A stretch of DNA of 64,000 nt from Ignavibacterium sp. (GTDB taxonomy: Bacteria > Bacteroidota > Ignavibacteria > Ignavibacteriales > Ignavibacteriaceae). The notes below the pieces were generated by a model. That model was given only the letters and a program-made list of their open reading frames with translations. It did not search any database and was not told the origin of the DNA. Positions within the stretch are counted from its first letter, which is position 1. Each line of letters starts with the position of its first letter. Of this stretch, positions 29,374 through 40,078 are shown in pieces. The DNA is taken from positions 2,178 through 66,177 of the forward strand of contig JBBFMB010000001.1 in assembly GCA_037478755.1 (NCBI GenBank), written 5' to 3'. Made by a program: the position numbers and the translations under genes.

Positions 29374-30759
29374 TTATTTATTCAATATTTCTTGATTTGA
29401 CAAAACTATTTCCTTTCCGCAAACAGCTGAATATACTTTTGTTTCTTTAAAGGATGATAAAATTTCTTTCCCTATCCAATTGATTGCCTGCTCATCACCG
29501 TGAATAAGAATTACATTATCAGGTTTTAGTTTTTTTACTATCGCTAATAACTCTTCTCTTTTTGCATGAGCAGAAAATCTGAAATTTTTTATTTCACATT
29601 TTACTTCAATTGCTTTATCAGAATCATCAAGAAAAAGTTTTTCACCTTTTCTGGCATTTGCAATCTTAAATCCGGGAGTGTTTTCATCCATATATCCAAC
29701 TGTAAAGATTGCAGAATTCTTTTGCTGCAAAAATCTTTTGGCAAATTCATAAGAGCTTGTTCCTTTGATCATCATTCCGCTTGATGCCAAAACAATTGAT
29801 GGATTTTTGAAAAAATCATCTGGAGAAGTTAGTTCATTATAATCGTTTTGCGGAATTGAGGATAGTTCAAATTCTTTATCAACACGATTAACAACATATC
29901 TGTTATAATCATAAACCCGATTTATTTTTGTGCCAATTCCACCAGTAAAAATATCAACTTGTGAGAGTTTACCTTTTTGCATTAACAACCAGATTGTCGC
30001 GAGCAATTCCTGAAGTTTCCCAAGTGCAAAAACAGGAATCAGTATTGAGCCACCTGAAGTAAGAACCTTGTTTGCTTCTTTTGCAAATCGTTCTGCTTCT
30101 TTGTTCCAGCTTAAAAGTTGTGATGTATCGGTTGCTCCGTAAGTAGTTTCAAGAATAAGTGTATTAACTTTTACTTTTGGTAAAATCGCTGAAGTCTGAA
30201 TTGCCTGATTTGATAAATTGATATCACCTGTATAGAATATTTTATAACCATTGTTATCAAGTAAAATTCCTGCTGAACCAAGAATATGTCCGGCATCAAA
30301 AAAAGTTGCAGTTACATTTGCTTCAGTTTGCTGATGGAATGATTGAAGAAGAAACTCCTTTTCATATTCTTGATAATTAATCATCTTAATAAGTAAATCA
30401 ACTTCATCGTGTGTATAAAATTCAAATTGTTCTTCTGAGATTTCTTTCATCAGAATTGAAACAGTGTTGTGAAGTGTGAGCTCAGCTAAAGCTCTGGTTT
30501 GAGGAGTGCTGAATATTTTAATGTGAGGAAATTTTTTTATCAGAAAGGGAAGTGCAGCAATATGATCCTGATGTGCGTGTGAAATCAGAATATAATCTGA
30601 TGATTTATTTTCCAGCAGTTCAAACTTTGGCAGTGATTCAAATCCAGTTTTTTGAGGATGTATTCCGCAATCGAGAATTAATCCATTACCATTAAAATTT
30701 ATATAGAAACAATTTGCACCGATTTCATTTCCGCCGCCAACAGGAAGAAAACTGATCAT
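29374..30759 (-). CDS. Metallo-beta-lactamase/beta-CASP RNA-processing nuclease
   Basis: LDCG, SHAHQDH, AGHILG, TGD, ETTYG, FSAHA, LIHGD. Confidence 0.9.
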   Translation of the reverse strand: MISFLPVGGGNEIGANCFYINFNGNGLILDCGIHPQKTGFESLPKFELLENKSSDYILISHAHQDHIAALPFLIKKFPHIKIFSTPQTRALAELTLHNTVSILMKEISEEQFEFYTHDEVDLLIKMINYQEYEKEFLLQSFHQQTEANVTATFFDAGHILGSAGILLDNNGYKIFYTGDINLSNQAIQTSAILPKVKVNTLILETTYGATDTSQLLSWNKEAERFAKEANKVLTSGGSILIPVFALGKLQELLATIWLLMQKGKLSQVDIFTGGIGTKINRVYDYNRYVVNRVDKEFELSSIPQNDYNELTSPDDFFKNPSIVLASSGMMIKGTSSYEFAKRFLQQKNSAIFTVGYMDENTPGFKIANARKGEKLFLDDSDKAIEVKCEIKNFRFSAHAKREELLAIVKKLKPDNVILIHGDEQAINWIGKEILSSFKETKVYSAVCGKEIVLSNQEILNK

Positions 30760-31448
30760 TTAGTTTGCTGCCTTAATTGATTTTCAATATCGTCAAGATC
30801 AACTTCTGTAATTGTAACATCATTTGGTGGAGTAAACTTCTCTTCAGGAACATTTACATTTACTTCAAATTTTTTTGCAACACTGTTTATTTCAACTCCG
30901 CCAAGTTTTGTGATTGTCTTTAACGGAATCCATTTCCAAATCCACATTTTAGTGCCAGTGCTTTGTATTTCGTAAATGTCACAATCTCTGTCAAGAAATT
31001 CTTCCTGACCAACTTTCATTGCTCCTGCTTTGAGTAAAATCTGTTCGCCAAATTCACCAAAACTTTTTTGATTCTGCAACTCTGCAATTAATTTTTTAAC
31101 AGGATTCTTTGTCCTCGTTCCGGTTCTTCTTTCTAAATCAATAATATAGTTTGAATCTGCTTTAACAATATTCAGAAGATTAATGTTTTTACTGAAATTA
31201 CCAACCTGCAAAACTGAGTTCGTATATTCTGCCTGACGCATTCCCCAATTATCAAAGTATAAAGTCTTAATTCCGGATTGCGAACCAGTTATTGTGTATT
31301 CAACAATTGCAGATTTAACTCCATATCTTTTATTAAAGTCAGTTGTTCCGGAAGATTGTTCATTTCCAGCTGAGTCTTTTTCAGAATCACCGCAGCTGTA
31401 GATTGAAAATAGAATTGCAGCAAAAAACAAATAAAAAATTTTTTTCAT
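30756..31448 (-). CDS. Hypothetical lipoprotein (LolA/DUF4412-like fold suspected)
   Basis: YSC lipobox; GQEEFLDRDCDIYEI and MWIWKWIPLK segments. Confidence 0.65.
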   Translation of the reverse strand: MKKIFYLFFAAILFSIYSCGDSEKDSAGNEQSSGTTDFNKRYGVKSAIVEYTITGSQSGIKTLYFDNWGMRQAEYTNSVLQVGNFSKNINLLNIVKADSNYIIDLERRTGTRTKNPVKKLIAELQNQKSFGEFGEQILLKAGAMKVGQEEFLDRDCDIYEIQSTGTKMWIWKWIPLKTITKLGGVEINSVAKKFEVNVNVPEEKFTPPNDVTITEVDLDDIENQLRQQTK

Positions 31449-31459
31449 TTAAATTTCCT

Positions 31460-32098
31460 TTATTTAATTGCCCAGATTACATCAGCTAAAGTTGTAAAAT
31501 CTTTACTAAGCTTTAGTGAAAATAATTTATTTGGCTGAAAGTCAGAAAGATAATTTTCAATTAAATCCCTTAGCCAAATGATATCAGCTTTTAGTTTCCA
31601 GTGATTTTTATCTTTGCTGTAAAGAACAATAAACAATCTGTTGTGATAATGTTTTCTTTTTTGTCCGGATTGATTTTCATACAGCCATTTGATTAAAGCT
31701 ATTGGATTTTGTTTTGCCTGTTCGAGTGTTGCTCTGAATTTTTTTGGAAAGACAGTTGTTTTATGGTCAAAAGTAATTCCGTGAATAGAGAAATCTTTCA
31801 ATCTGTCTTTATGATTAATCGCAGGTTTTACATTCGGAAGTGAACAGAAAATTTTTTCAACAGCAAATGCACTCCAGAAATTGAACCATCGATTAAGTGA
31901 GTAATTAAAATATGAGTTGAAATCTTTGTCTGATTTAAATCGCTTGTCAATTTCAAGCAGAAGTTCTTCAAAAGTATTTATCTGATAAATAAAATTTGTT
32001 TTGTTATCGAAATCATCATTTTGAAGCCTCATCCATTGGTAGGGAAATGCAAGCCGTTTCTGAAGCTCTGATTGTATTTTTAATAAATCTTCATTCAA
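31460..32098 (-). CDS. Putative PD-(D/E)xK restriction endonuclease
   Basis: E(KIF)...KDFSIHGITFDHKTT fits E...D-x(7-8)-(D/E)xK; directly downstream of a DNA methyltransferase. Confidence 0.5.
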   Translation of the reverse strand: MNEDLLKIQSELQKRLAFPYQWMRLQNDDFDNKTNFIYQINTFEELLLEIDKRFKSDKDFNSYFNYSLNRWFNFWSAFAVEKIFCSLPNVKPAINHKDRLKDFSIHGITFDHKTTVFPKKFRATLEQAKQNPIALIKWLYENQSGQKRKHYHNRLFIVLYSKDKNHWKLKADIIWLRDLIENYLSDFQPNKLFSLKLSKDFTTLADVIWAIK

Positions 32099-32128
32099 AA
32101 GTTATTGAGCCCGAAATTATTTTAATTT

Positions 32129-33178
32129 TCATTTCTTCTGAAACAGAAATATATATTCGTGTTTAAAGATGTAGAATCCACCAACCAAAGCACGATAACG
32201 CCAGAGTTCTTTCTGATTGCGTTTGGCAGTTGTATCTTCAAAATTTTTCACAATGATTGATTTTAATTTAAAGTTGTGCTTCAGAACTTCCTGCATTGTT
32301 AAAAATCCAAGAGGAATCCATTCACCATCTGAATATTTATCTCCGATTACAACTGCAAGATATCTTTTCTTTTCAAGATGAGCTGAAGTGTTCACTAAAA
32401 CATCATTAAACATTTTAAGAAAATCTTTTACACTCTTTGCATTTGATAAATCATTCTTCGCATTGGAAAATTTAATTATATCCCAGTAAGGAGGATGCAA
32501 TATTACCAACTGAAAATTTTTTACTTGAAATCTGTTAAGATGATTTTTTAAATCAGTTGTTGAACTATCATCATTTATTATTTCAGTGGCAACATTGAAA
32601 GGATTTTTTTCTCTGGAAAGATTGGCTTTACTTATTTCTGCGGCTTCCTGCGATAAATCAATTCCAATGGCATTTCTTCCAAGTCGTCTGCATTCGATTA
32701 AAGTAGTTCCGCTTCCTGCAAATGGATCCAAAACCCAATCACCTTTTTTCGTGTATCTTTTAATTAGCTGATTAGGAATTTGAGGAATAAAATTTCCCCA
32801 ATAAGATGCATTATGTGCACCGGTGTTATCCCGTTTATTGAAAATCCATAAACTATCGGTAATTATATCTTCATATTCTTTCCAGCGATTTAAATTCAGA
32901 TCGTTGATTTTAGAGTTCTTAACTTCTGTAAGACTTTTAACAAGCCGGTTCACATAATATTTTGCTCTTTCAAAAGTCTGAGCTTCGATTATCTGTTCAA
33001 GCTCTTCGAGAAGAATGTCTCTTCTCATTTCAGATTCAACTTGCTGATAATAAATTTTTATATAAGAATCGATTTTTGAGTTTGCAACTTTGTGTAGAAT
33101 TGAGTTGAATAACTCTTTCAATTCCTTGTGAGATGAATTCAAAGATTGCTGAATGGTATTTGTCAAATCAATCTTCAT
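32129..33178 (-). CDS. N4/N6 amino DNA methyltransferase
   Basis: VLDPFAGSGTT (SAM motif I) followed by ILHPPY (motif IV variant). Confidence 0.8.
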   Translation of the reverse strand: MKIDLTNTIQQSLNSSHKELKELFNSILHKVANSKIDSYIKIYYQQVESEMRRDILLEELEQIIEAQTFERAKYYVNRLVKSLTEVKNSKINDLNLNRWKEYEDIITDSLWIFNKRDNTGAHNASYWGNFIPQIPNQLIKRYTKKGDWVLDPFAGSGTTLIECRRLGRNAIGIDLSQEAAEISKANLSREKNPFNVATEIINDDSSTTDLKNHLNRFQVKNFQLVILHPPYWDIIKFSNAKNDLSNAKSVKDFLKMFNDVLVNTSAHLEKKRYLAVVIGDKYSDGEWIPLGFLTMQEVLKHNFKLKSIIVKNFEDTTAKRNQKELWRYRALVGGFYIFKHEYIFLFQKK

Positions 33179-34387
33179 CTAATTCAACTTGAAATTTTTA
33201 ATAATCATATCAGAAATAGTATCACCGATACTGAGTGATGCAGTTGCAGCAGGAGAAGGTGCGTTTAATACATGAATCATTTTATCCGTTTGAATTATTC
33301 TGAAATCATCAAGCAGTTTACCATCCCGGTCTAATGCTTGTGCTCTAACACCAGCACCGCCGGGAACAATATCATTTTCTGTTAAGTCCGGGATTAACTT
33401 TTGAAGAGATTTTACAAACAACTTTTTACTGAATGACCTTCTAAACTCTTCAATCCCCATTTTATAATGCTTCTTTGCCATCTTCCAGAAACCCGGATAG
33501 GTAATCATTTCCAGAATATTTGAAAAATCAATATCAGATTTTTTATAACCAGTCCGCTTAAAAGCCAGCACTGCATTTGGTCCTGCTTCAACTCCACCAT
33601 GAATCATTCTGGTGAAATGAACACCCAAAAATGGAAACTGTGGATCTGGAACAGGATAAATAAGATTCCTGACAAGATGTTGTTTTTCTTTTTTCAGTTC
33701 ATAGTATTCGCCTCTGAAAGGAATGATTTTTACATCAGGATTGATTCCGCTCATTCTCGCTACTTTGTCTGAATATAATCCGGCGCAGTTAACAAGATAT
33801 TTTGCTTTGAATTCATCTTGTTCAGTAATCACAACAATTTCATTGCAAGTAATCTTAATCTTTTTTGCTTTTGCATTTAGTTTTATTTCGCCGCCGTTTT
33901 TAATAATAAGTTTCGCATATTTATTAGTTACAGCTACATAATCAACAATACCAGTTTGCGGAACAAAAAGAGCTTCAATTCCATTTGCATAAGGTTCATA
34001 TTCTTTTATTTGTTCTTTAGTCAGTCTTTTAATTCCGGTTAAACCGTTTGCAATTCCTCTTTCTTCAAGCATTCGCAATGCAAGAATTTCTGATTCATCG
34101 GTTGCAACAACTAATTTACCACATCTTTCATATGGAATTGAATTGGTCTCACAAAATTCATAAAGCATTTCTCTGCCTCGTGTGCAGTTCAAAGCTTTTA
34201 AAGAGCCGGGTTTATAGTAAAGTCCGGAATGAATAACTCCGCTGTTATTTCCAGTCTGGTGTTTAGCCAAAGAATCTTCAGCTTCAATTAACAGGATTCG
34301 AAGGTCTTTCTTTTGCAATAATTTTAAGGCGGATGCTGTTCCGACTATTCCGCCACCAATAAAGATAAAATCGTAATTTTTGCTCAT
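33179..34387 (-). CDS. lhgO: L-2-hydroxyglutarate oxidase
   Basis: GGGIVG, HQTGNNSGVIHSGLYY, PFRGEYY, PFLGVHFT, NAPSPAATASL. Confidence 0.93.
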   Translation of the reverse strand: MSKNYDFIFIGGGIVGTASALKLLQKKDLRILLIEAEDSLAKHQTGNNSGVIHSGLYYKPGSLKALNCTRGREMLYEFCETNSIPYERCGKLVVATDESEILALRMLEERGIANGLTGIKRLTKEQIKEYEPYANGIEALFVPQTGIVDYVAVTNKYAKLIIKNGGEIKLNAKAKKIKITCNEIVVITEQDEFKAKYLVNCAGLYSDKVARMSGINPDVKIIPFRGEYYELKKEKQHLVRNLIYPVPDPQFPFLGVHFTRMIHGGVEAGPNAVLAFKRTGYKKSDIDFSNILEMITYPGFWKMAKKHYKMGIEEFRRSFSKKLFVKSLQKLIPDLTENDIVPGGAGVRAQALDRDGKLLDDFRIIQTDKMIHVLNAPSPAATASLSIGDTISDMIIKNFKLN

Positions 34388-34558
34388 TTGAATAAATTCC
34401 TCAAAAAGTAGGAAGCAAATTGAACTTGACTTTAATATTTATGTGTTATAACATACAAATACATTTTTTGAATTTTCAGAAAAGATTGTCTCAATTTCTT
34501 TTCAAATTTAACTAATTGTTATGAGCAATTAAACTTAGCCAAATTATAAGAGGAAAAC

Positions 34559-34837
34559 ATGAATTCTAAACAAAAATTGGTTTTAATAATTGGAATTATT
34601 CTGATTATTGCAGTGTTAGCTTATTGGTATTCTCAGGGAGCAGAATTGTTTACAAAAACTCAGGTTTTGGTAGATAAAACTACAGAGCTTGATAGGATGC
34701 TCGGTGTTGAAAATAAAGAGTATGTAGATAAATTCGTTCTCGGGCTTGATTATGCAGGAGCTATTTCTGCTGCTATTGCAGTTATCTCAGGAGTTTTAAT
34801 TTATTTATTCAAAAACAAACGAAAGGAAACACTATGA
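34559..34837 (+). CDS. Small 2-TM membrane protein
   Basis: Two hydrophobic helices; ATGA overlap with the YceI gene. Confidence 0.75.
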   Translation: MNSKQKLVLIIGIILIIAVLAYWYSQGAELFTKTQVLVDKTTELDRMLGVENKEYVDKFVLGLDYAGAISAAIAVISGVLIYLFKNKRKETL

Positions 34838-35475
34838 AAAAAATCTTTGGTTCAATTTCAGTTCTCTTAATTCTTTTTACTTCACTTGCATTTGCACAAG
34901 GATTCAAGGTAAAAGCAAGTGGAGAGCAATCATTTAACTTTGCTGATAAAGGCGGAAGAAATCAGGCTTCTTTCTTTAGCACAACTCCGCTTGAGGACAT
35001 CAGAGGTCTCTCAAACGATGTTAAAGGAACAGCTACTTTTAATGTAAGCGATATCAAAACATTAAAAGGAAAAATTTCAGTTTCAACAGCATCTATTAAA
35101 ACAGGAATTGACTTACGAGATGAACATCTCAGAAGTGAAAATTGGCTTGACGCTGGTAAGTATCCCGAAATTACATTTGAAATCAAAAAAGTCACCGATG
35201 TAAAACAGCTTGCTGAGAATAAATTGGAAATAAGACTTCTTGGTGATTTTACACTCAAGGGAGTCACTAAAGAAGTTTCTGCAACTGCTACCCTTACTTA
35301 TCTTGATGAAAGTGAACAAACTAAAATGAGAGCTCCGGGTGATTTGCTTGGTGTTCAGGCAACATTTAAAGTAAAACTTTCTGATTTTGGTGTAACAAAT
35401 AAAATTGTTGGTCAAAAGGTAGCAGAAGAAGTTGAAGTAAGTGTTAACATGGTTGGCTCGAATAAAGTAAACTAA
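34834..35475 (+). CDS. YceI-family periplasmic lipid/isoprenoid-binding protein
   Basis: Signal peptide; SIKTGIDLRDEHL, YPEITF, GDFTLKGVTK. Confidence 0.9.
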   Translation: MKKIFGSISVLLILFTSLAFAQGFKVKASGEQSFNFADKGGRNQASFFSTTPLEDIRGLSNDVKGTATFNVSDIKTLKGKISVSTASIKTGIDLRDEHLRSENWLDAGKYPEITFEIKKVTDVKQLAENKLEIRLLGDFTLKGVTKEVSATATLTYLDESEQTKMRAPGDLLGVQATFKVKLSDFGVTNKIVGQKVAEEVEVSVNMVGSNKVN

Positions 35476-35495
35476 TCGTTCCGTAAACGTTTATT

Positions 35496-35527
35496 AAAAA
35501 AGGCAAGTGTAAAAGCTTGCCTTTTTT
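35496..35527. terminator. Bidirectional terminator
   Basis: AAAAAAGGCAAG-tgtaaaag-CTTGCCTTTTTT between convergent genes. Confidence 0.88.
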
Positions 35528-35553
35528 ATTTCAATCAATCTTTAATTAAATAA

Positions 35554-38500
35554 TTAATTTCCTGATAATCCTTTTTGAAGTGACTTTTCAACTGCTTGTT
35601 TAAAGCTGCTAAGATTAACCGGCTTTTGAAATACAAACTCAACTCCAAGTTCATTATAATCAACTGCTATGCTCCTGTCGATGTCACTGCTTAATACAAT
35701 CACTGGTGGTTTGTCTTTTATATCTGATTTTTTCAATTCTTTTACAAATTCATAACCATTCATTACAGGCATACCGTGATCGGTAATTACAAGTGCAGGT
35801 GGAGATTTTAAGATTTTCTCAAGCGCTTCTTTTCCATTTGATGCAACTTCAACTTCATACTCAGGTGTAATGTTCTTGAGAATTTTAGAATAGAGTAATC
35901 TGTCGGTTTTACTATCATCTACAATTAAAATATTTGCAGAAGCCACAGGAAGTGTAAATTGAAAATTTGAACCTTCGCCAGGTTTACTTTCGACCCAGAT
36001 TTGTCCGCCGTGTTTTTCAATAATTTCTTTTACAAGTGATAAACCAAGTCCGCTTCCTTTTTCACCGGCAGTTCCTTCGGTAGTGAATTTAGAATCAACT
36101 TTAAAAAGCTTCGGTAAATCTTCCGGTTGAATTCCTATTCCTGTATCCCGAACACTGAACTTTACAAATCTTTTATTCTCCGCAGGAGAAGCACTTATAG
36201 TTACAGTTCCATTCTTGTAAGTGAATTTTATTGCATTCGATATCAGATTGTTAAATACCTGAATGATTAGACTCTTATCAATAAATAAGTATAATTCATT
36301 TTTTAGTTCGGATATTAAATCAATTTGTTTTTGAATTGCTGAACCACGAAGAGCAGATATAGAATCATTTATTATTTCTGTAACATTAGTTTTCTGAGGT
36401 TCAAATCTGATTCTGCCAGTCTGAAGTCTTGTCCAATCGAGTAATGAATTAACCAAAGAGAGCATTGAGCGTGAAGCTTCCTGAATATATTTAATGTATT
36501 GCTTTCGTTCTTCTTCAGAAAGTTCGTCATCATTTTCAAGCAAATCTGTAAAACCAAGAATTGAGCTGAATGGTGTTCTCAAATCGTGAGAGATGATGGA
36601 AATAAATCTATCCTTAGTCTCGTTTAGTTTGATAAGATTCTGAGTTGATTTGCGAAGTTCTTCTTCTGCTTTTTTCCTGAATGTGATATCACTTACCAGT
36701 CCAAATAATTTTTGTATTCTTCCTGTTCCGGAACGAATGAGATTCAGTTTAGTCCTTACCCAAACGATGTTTCCTTGCTTATTGATTATCCTGAATTCAA
36801 ATTCTCCTGAAAGCTGAATCCTGCTTTTCAATAAGCTCATAAGTTTTGGCTTCAGTGTTTTAAAATCATCCGGATGAATTATTTTCAGGAATAATTTTGA
36901 GTCTGATAAGAAATCAGTCTGAGTATATCCGCTTATTTTCTGAATTGATGAAGTGCAGAATACTGGTCTTAGACTAAAACCAATTCTCTCGAATGTGAAA
37001 AGAAAATCGTCGATGTTTTCGGTTATGTTTCTGTATTTCTCTTCAGATTCTCTTATTGCTTTTTGTGCACGAATTCTTTCGGTGATATCTCTTGCTATTA
37101 GAACTATGTATGTATTTTTATCAACATCAAAAGTTCCAACGGATATTTCCGTATGCAAATAAGAATTATCTCTTTTCTTTCCAAGAAAATCAAATCTTGA
37201 AGGAGCTTCTTTTTTTCTTTCGAGAAGTCTGAAGTATTCGGCAACTTTTATAATATCATCGTTAGAAGATAAATCAAGTATTTCTTTGTTTATTAGCTCT
37301 TCACCGTAATCATAACCAAAGATTTTTGCGAACGATTTATTAGCAATGATTATTCTTCCATCCTGAACAAGTGCAATTCCATCGTGTGAAGCTTCAACAA
37401 GAGATTGATACAACAGAAGCTCTTTTTCTTTCGATTTAATTTCTTCAAGGTGATTAAAGTAACAACTGATATGAAGCAAATTTCCTAAATCATCAAACAC
37501 AGGAATAAATACTGATTGAAGATTGATTGTGGTTTCCCATTTTGTTTTTATTGGCAATTCAATTTCATTTGAAGGCTTTGAACTAAACGCTGAGAGTTCG
37601 AAAACATTTTTTTCAAAATAATCAGGATCAATCAGATTGTATAAAGTTGTATTCAATAAATCTTCTTCAGTAAATCCAAGTGTAAATGTTAAGACTTCAT
37701 TTGCAAAAAGTATCTGACCATTTAAATCAACCTGGCAAATCATCTGTGGAGCTTTAAGAATTGTTTGCTTCATTCCTTTCAGCGAAGCAATAAGACTCTC
37801 TTCAAAATGAATTTTGGAAGTGATGTCTTCACACTTAACTACTGTAAAATTTTTATCATCCTCCAACTTCGCAAATGAGCATTCAAATACAACCTTATTT
37901 TTCAGCTCATCATACTCAGTGATTATGGTTTTGTGATAAGGCTTGATCTCTAATTTTTCTTCGATGCCTTTGAGAAAATCTTTGGTTAAAAATTTAACGT
38001 AACGGCTTACTTGTTTATCGTATAGTTCGGTTTTCTTTTTTCCAATGTATTCTTCTGCTTTGGAGTTCAGAAAAGTTATTTTGTAGTCTTTATCATATAC
38101 TATGACAATTTCATCGAATGCGTTGAATAGAGATTTGTAGTAACTTAACTCCTCACTAATAATCGAATCATCAATTTGCTTTAATGATTTATCAGCAACT
38201 CTTCTGAAAAAGAGATAGAATTGAAGAATCTCTTCTCTGAGATTTGTAACAGGAATAATTCTGCATTCATATTTAGTGTTGCTAACAGTTTCACATACAA
38301 GAGAAGTAACATCTTTGGTGCTTAAACTTTTTTCGAGGTTCTGAATTAATTCAAAATTACTCTGAGGCAAGAGAATATTTTTGAAGTCATTAAAACCTGT
38401 AAATTCTGAAAGCGTGTTAAATTCTTCAGGCAATTGTTTTGAATGCTGAAGCACCGAAAAATCATCAGACATTACAAAGTAAAAGTCGTAACTCTTTTCG

Positions 38501-38946
38501 ATTACATTTTGCAGATGATTTAATTTTTTTCTGTAATCAGAAACAGCATCAAGAGCAACTTTAATATCTTCAATAACAAAAACAGCTCCGCTTACTTCAT
38601 CTTTGTCAACAATCGGAGTTCCTTTAATTATAAGTCTGATGATCCCTTTATTCTGAATGTCCTGATTTACAATTTCTTTTTCAAACGGATAACCATTCAG
38701 AAGTTGTTCAACATCATCTTTAAGTTGGGAAGAGAAAATAATCGGAAGTGAAAAAATATTTTGTGAGATAAGATTAGTCGGGATATTAAGATTGTAGAAA
38801 TCAGACAGATTAAGAAATGTTCTGTTTGCAAATTCTATTTCGAGGTTATTATTTGTAATAATAATACCAATCGGAAGGTCATTTAAGATTTCAAATGACT
38901 TCAAATCAAAATTCTTCTCTGCACTATTTCTAAATTTATTTTCCAA
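35554..38946 (-). CDS. Cytoplasmic multi-PAS hybrid histidine kinase with a C-terminal receiver
   Basis: Several PAS/PAC repeats (DIT.., IHPDD); SHDLRTP, NAIKF, DTGIG, GSGLGL; receiver VDDS..TDH..QKP. Confidence 0.92.
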   Translation of the reverse strand: MENKFRNSAEKNFDLKSFEILNDLPIGIIITNNNLEIEFANRTFLNLSDFYNLNIPTNLISQNIFSLPIIFSSQLKDDVEQLLNGYPFEKEIVNQDIQNKGIIRLIIKGTPIVDKDEVSGAVFVIEDIKVALDAVSDYRKKLNHLQNVIEKSYDFYFVMSDDFSVLQHSKQLPEEFNTLSEFTGFNDFKNILLPQSNFELIQNLEKSLSTKDVTSLVCETVSNTKYECRIIPVTNLREEILQFYLFFRRVADKSLKQIDDSIISEELSYYKSLFNAFDEIVIVYDKDYKITFLNSKAEEYIGKKKTELYDKQVSRYVKFLTKDFLKGIEEKLEIKPYHKTIITEYDELKNKVVFECSFAKLEDDKNFTVVKCEDITSKIHFEESLIASLKGMKQTILKAPQMICQVDLNGQILFANEVLTFTLGFTEEDLLNTTLYNLIDPDYFEKNVFELSAFSSKPSNEIELPIKTKWETTINLQSVFIPVFDDLGNLLHISCYFNHLEEIKSKEKELLLYQSLVEASHDGIALVQDGRIIIANKSFAKIFGYDYGEELINKEILDLSSNDDIIKVAEYFRLLERKKEAPSRFDFLGKKRDNSYLHTEISVGTFDVDKNTYIVLIARDITERIRAQKAIRESEEKYRNITENIDDFLFTFERIGFSLRPVFCTSSIQKISGYTQTDFLSDSKLFLKIIHPDDFKTLKPKLMSLLKSRIQLSGEFEFRIINKQGNIVWVRTKLNLIRSGTGRIQKLFGLVSDITFRKKAEEELRKSTQNLIKLNETKDRFISIISHDLRTPFSSILGFTDLLENDDELSEEERKQYIKYIQEASRSMLSLVNSLLDWTRLQTGRIRFEPQKTNVTEIINDSISALRGSAIQKQIDLISELKNELYLFIDKSLIIQVFNNLISNAIKFTYKNGTVTISASPAENKRFVKFSVRDTGIGIQPEDLPKLFKVDSKFTTEGTAGEKGSGLGLSLVKEIIEKHGGQIWVESKPGEGSNFQFTLPVASANILIVDDSKTDRLLYSKILKNITPEYEVEVASNGKEALEKILKSPPALVITDHGMPVMNGYEFVKELKKSDIKDKPPVIVLSSDIDRSIAVDYNELGVEFVFQKPVNLSSFKQAVEKSLQKGLSGN

Positions 38947-39158
38947 CTTTTCAGCATTTAATTAAACATTTTTTTGAAATGGTTTAAGCCCAGCATTATA
39001 ACAAAAATAATTTATGTGCCACCGAAGCACTAAAAAAAGCCAATAATCTTTCAAATAATAACAATTATTTAACAAGCGTAAAATAGTTTATTGTCTCTTT
39101 TTGGTTAAATGTATTGTTATAGAAAAACAAAGTAAATTCCTTCATTGGAACAATAGTA

Positions 39159-39968
39159 TTGATTAAATTTCACTCACAAAAAATAAAGATTATTTTGATA
39201 TCAGGATTCTTACAAAAACTTGGTAATAAAACACTTGGCTTTTTTCAGGAGTTTGGCCAAATATCAAACTTACTCGGAAGTATTATAAAATTCTTTCCTC
39301 AAATTCCCCGCAGCAGAAGATTGATTCTTTTTCAAATGGAACACATTGGTGTTAATTCATTACCATTGGTGCTTATTATCGCAATATTTACTGGTGCGGT
39401 TTCTGCATGGCAAGCTGCATATCAGTTAAAAGGGATTGCACCTTTGTCTTTCTTGGGCGGAGCTACAAGTCGCGCAATCATTACTGAGCTGGGTCCAGTG
39501 TTAACAGGAATAGTAATCGCGGGAAGAGTAGGTGCTTCAATTGCAGCTGAACTTGGAACTATGAAAGTTACTGAACAGATTGATGCACTCGAAACTATGG
39601 CAATTAGTCCGATTCGGTTTCTTGCAATGCCCAGATTTCTTGCTGCAATAATTATGATGCCTATACTTGTAATCTTTGCAAATGCCATTGCTGTTTTAGG
39701 TGCATATATTGTTTCTAATTATTTCCTTGGAGTTTCGTTTGCAGTGTTTTTCAATTCAGTTAAAAGATTTTTCATTATGGGTGATTTAATTGCGGGTTTG
39801 GTTAAAACAGTTTTCTTTGGAGGAGTAACAGCTTTATTAGGTTGTCATATCGGATTCAGAACTGAGGGCGGCGCTGAAGGTGTAGGTTTAGCAACTATAA
39901 GATCATTCGTTGTATCAGCTGCATTAATTTTAATTCTCGATTATGTTTTATGGATGCTGATTTTTTAA
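39159..39968 (+). CDS. mlaE: MlaE-family ABC permease (start uncertain)
   Basis: ELGPVLTGIVIAGRVGASIAAELGTMKVTEQIDAL; GGAEGVG. Confidence 0.9.
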   Translation: MIKFHSQKIKIILISGFLQKLGNKTLGFFQEFGQISNLLGSIIKFFPQIPRSRRLILFQMEHIGVNSLPLVLIIAIFTGAVSAWQAAYQLKGIAPLSFLGGATSRAIITELGPVLTGIVIAGRVGASIAAELGTMKVTEQIDALETMAISPIRFLAMPRFLAAIIMMPILVIFANAIAVLGAYIVSNYFLGVSFAVFFNSVKRFFIMGDLIAGLVKTVFFGGVTALLGCHIGFRTEGGAEGVGLATIRSFVVSAALILILDYVLWMLIF

Positions 39969-40078
39969 AAACCATATAATTTACAATCAGCAATCTCTGT
40001 GTTACGAATTTAATTTCATTTGTTCTTTATTTTCTTTAAATATCGTATAAAGCATTTAAAATTTTGGAAGGACATATC

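Noticed and set aside
39159-39968. mlaE without adjacent mlaF/mlaD
   Set aside because: Dispersed mla genes are common; the partners are probably elsewhere in the genome.
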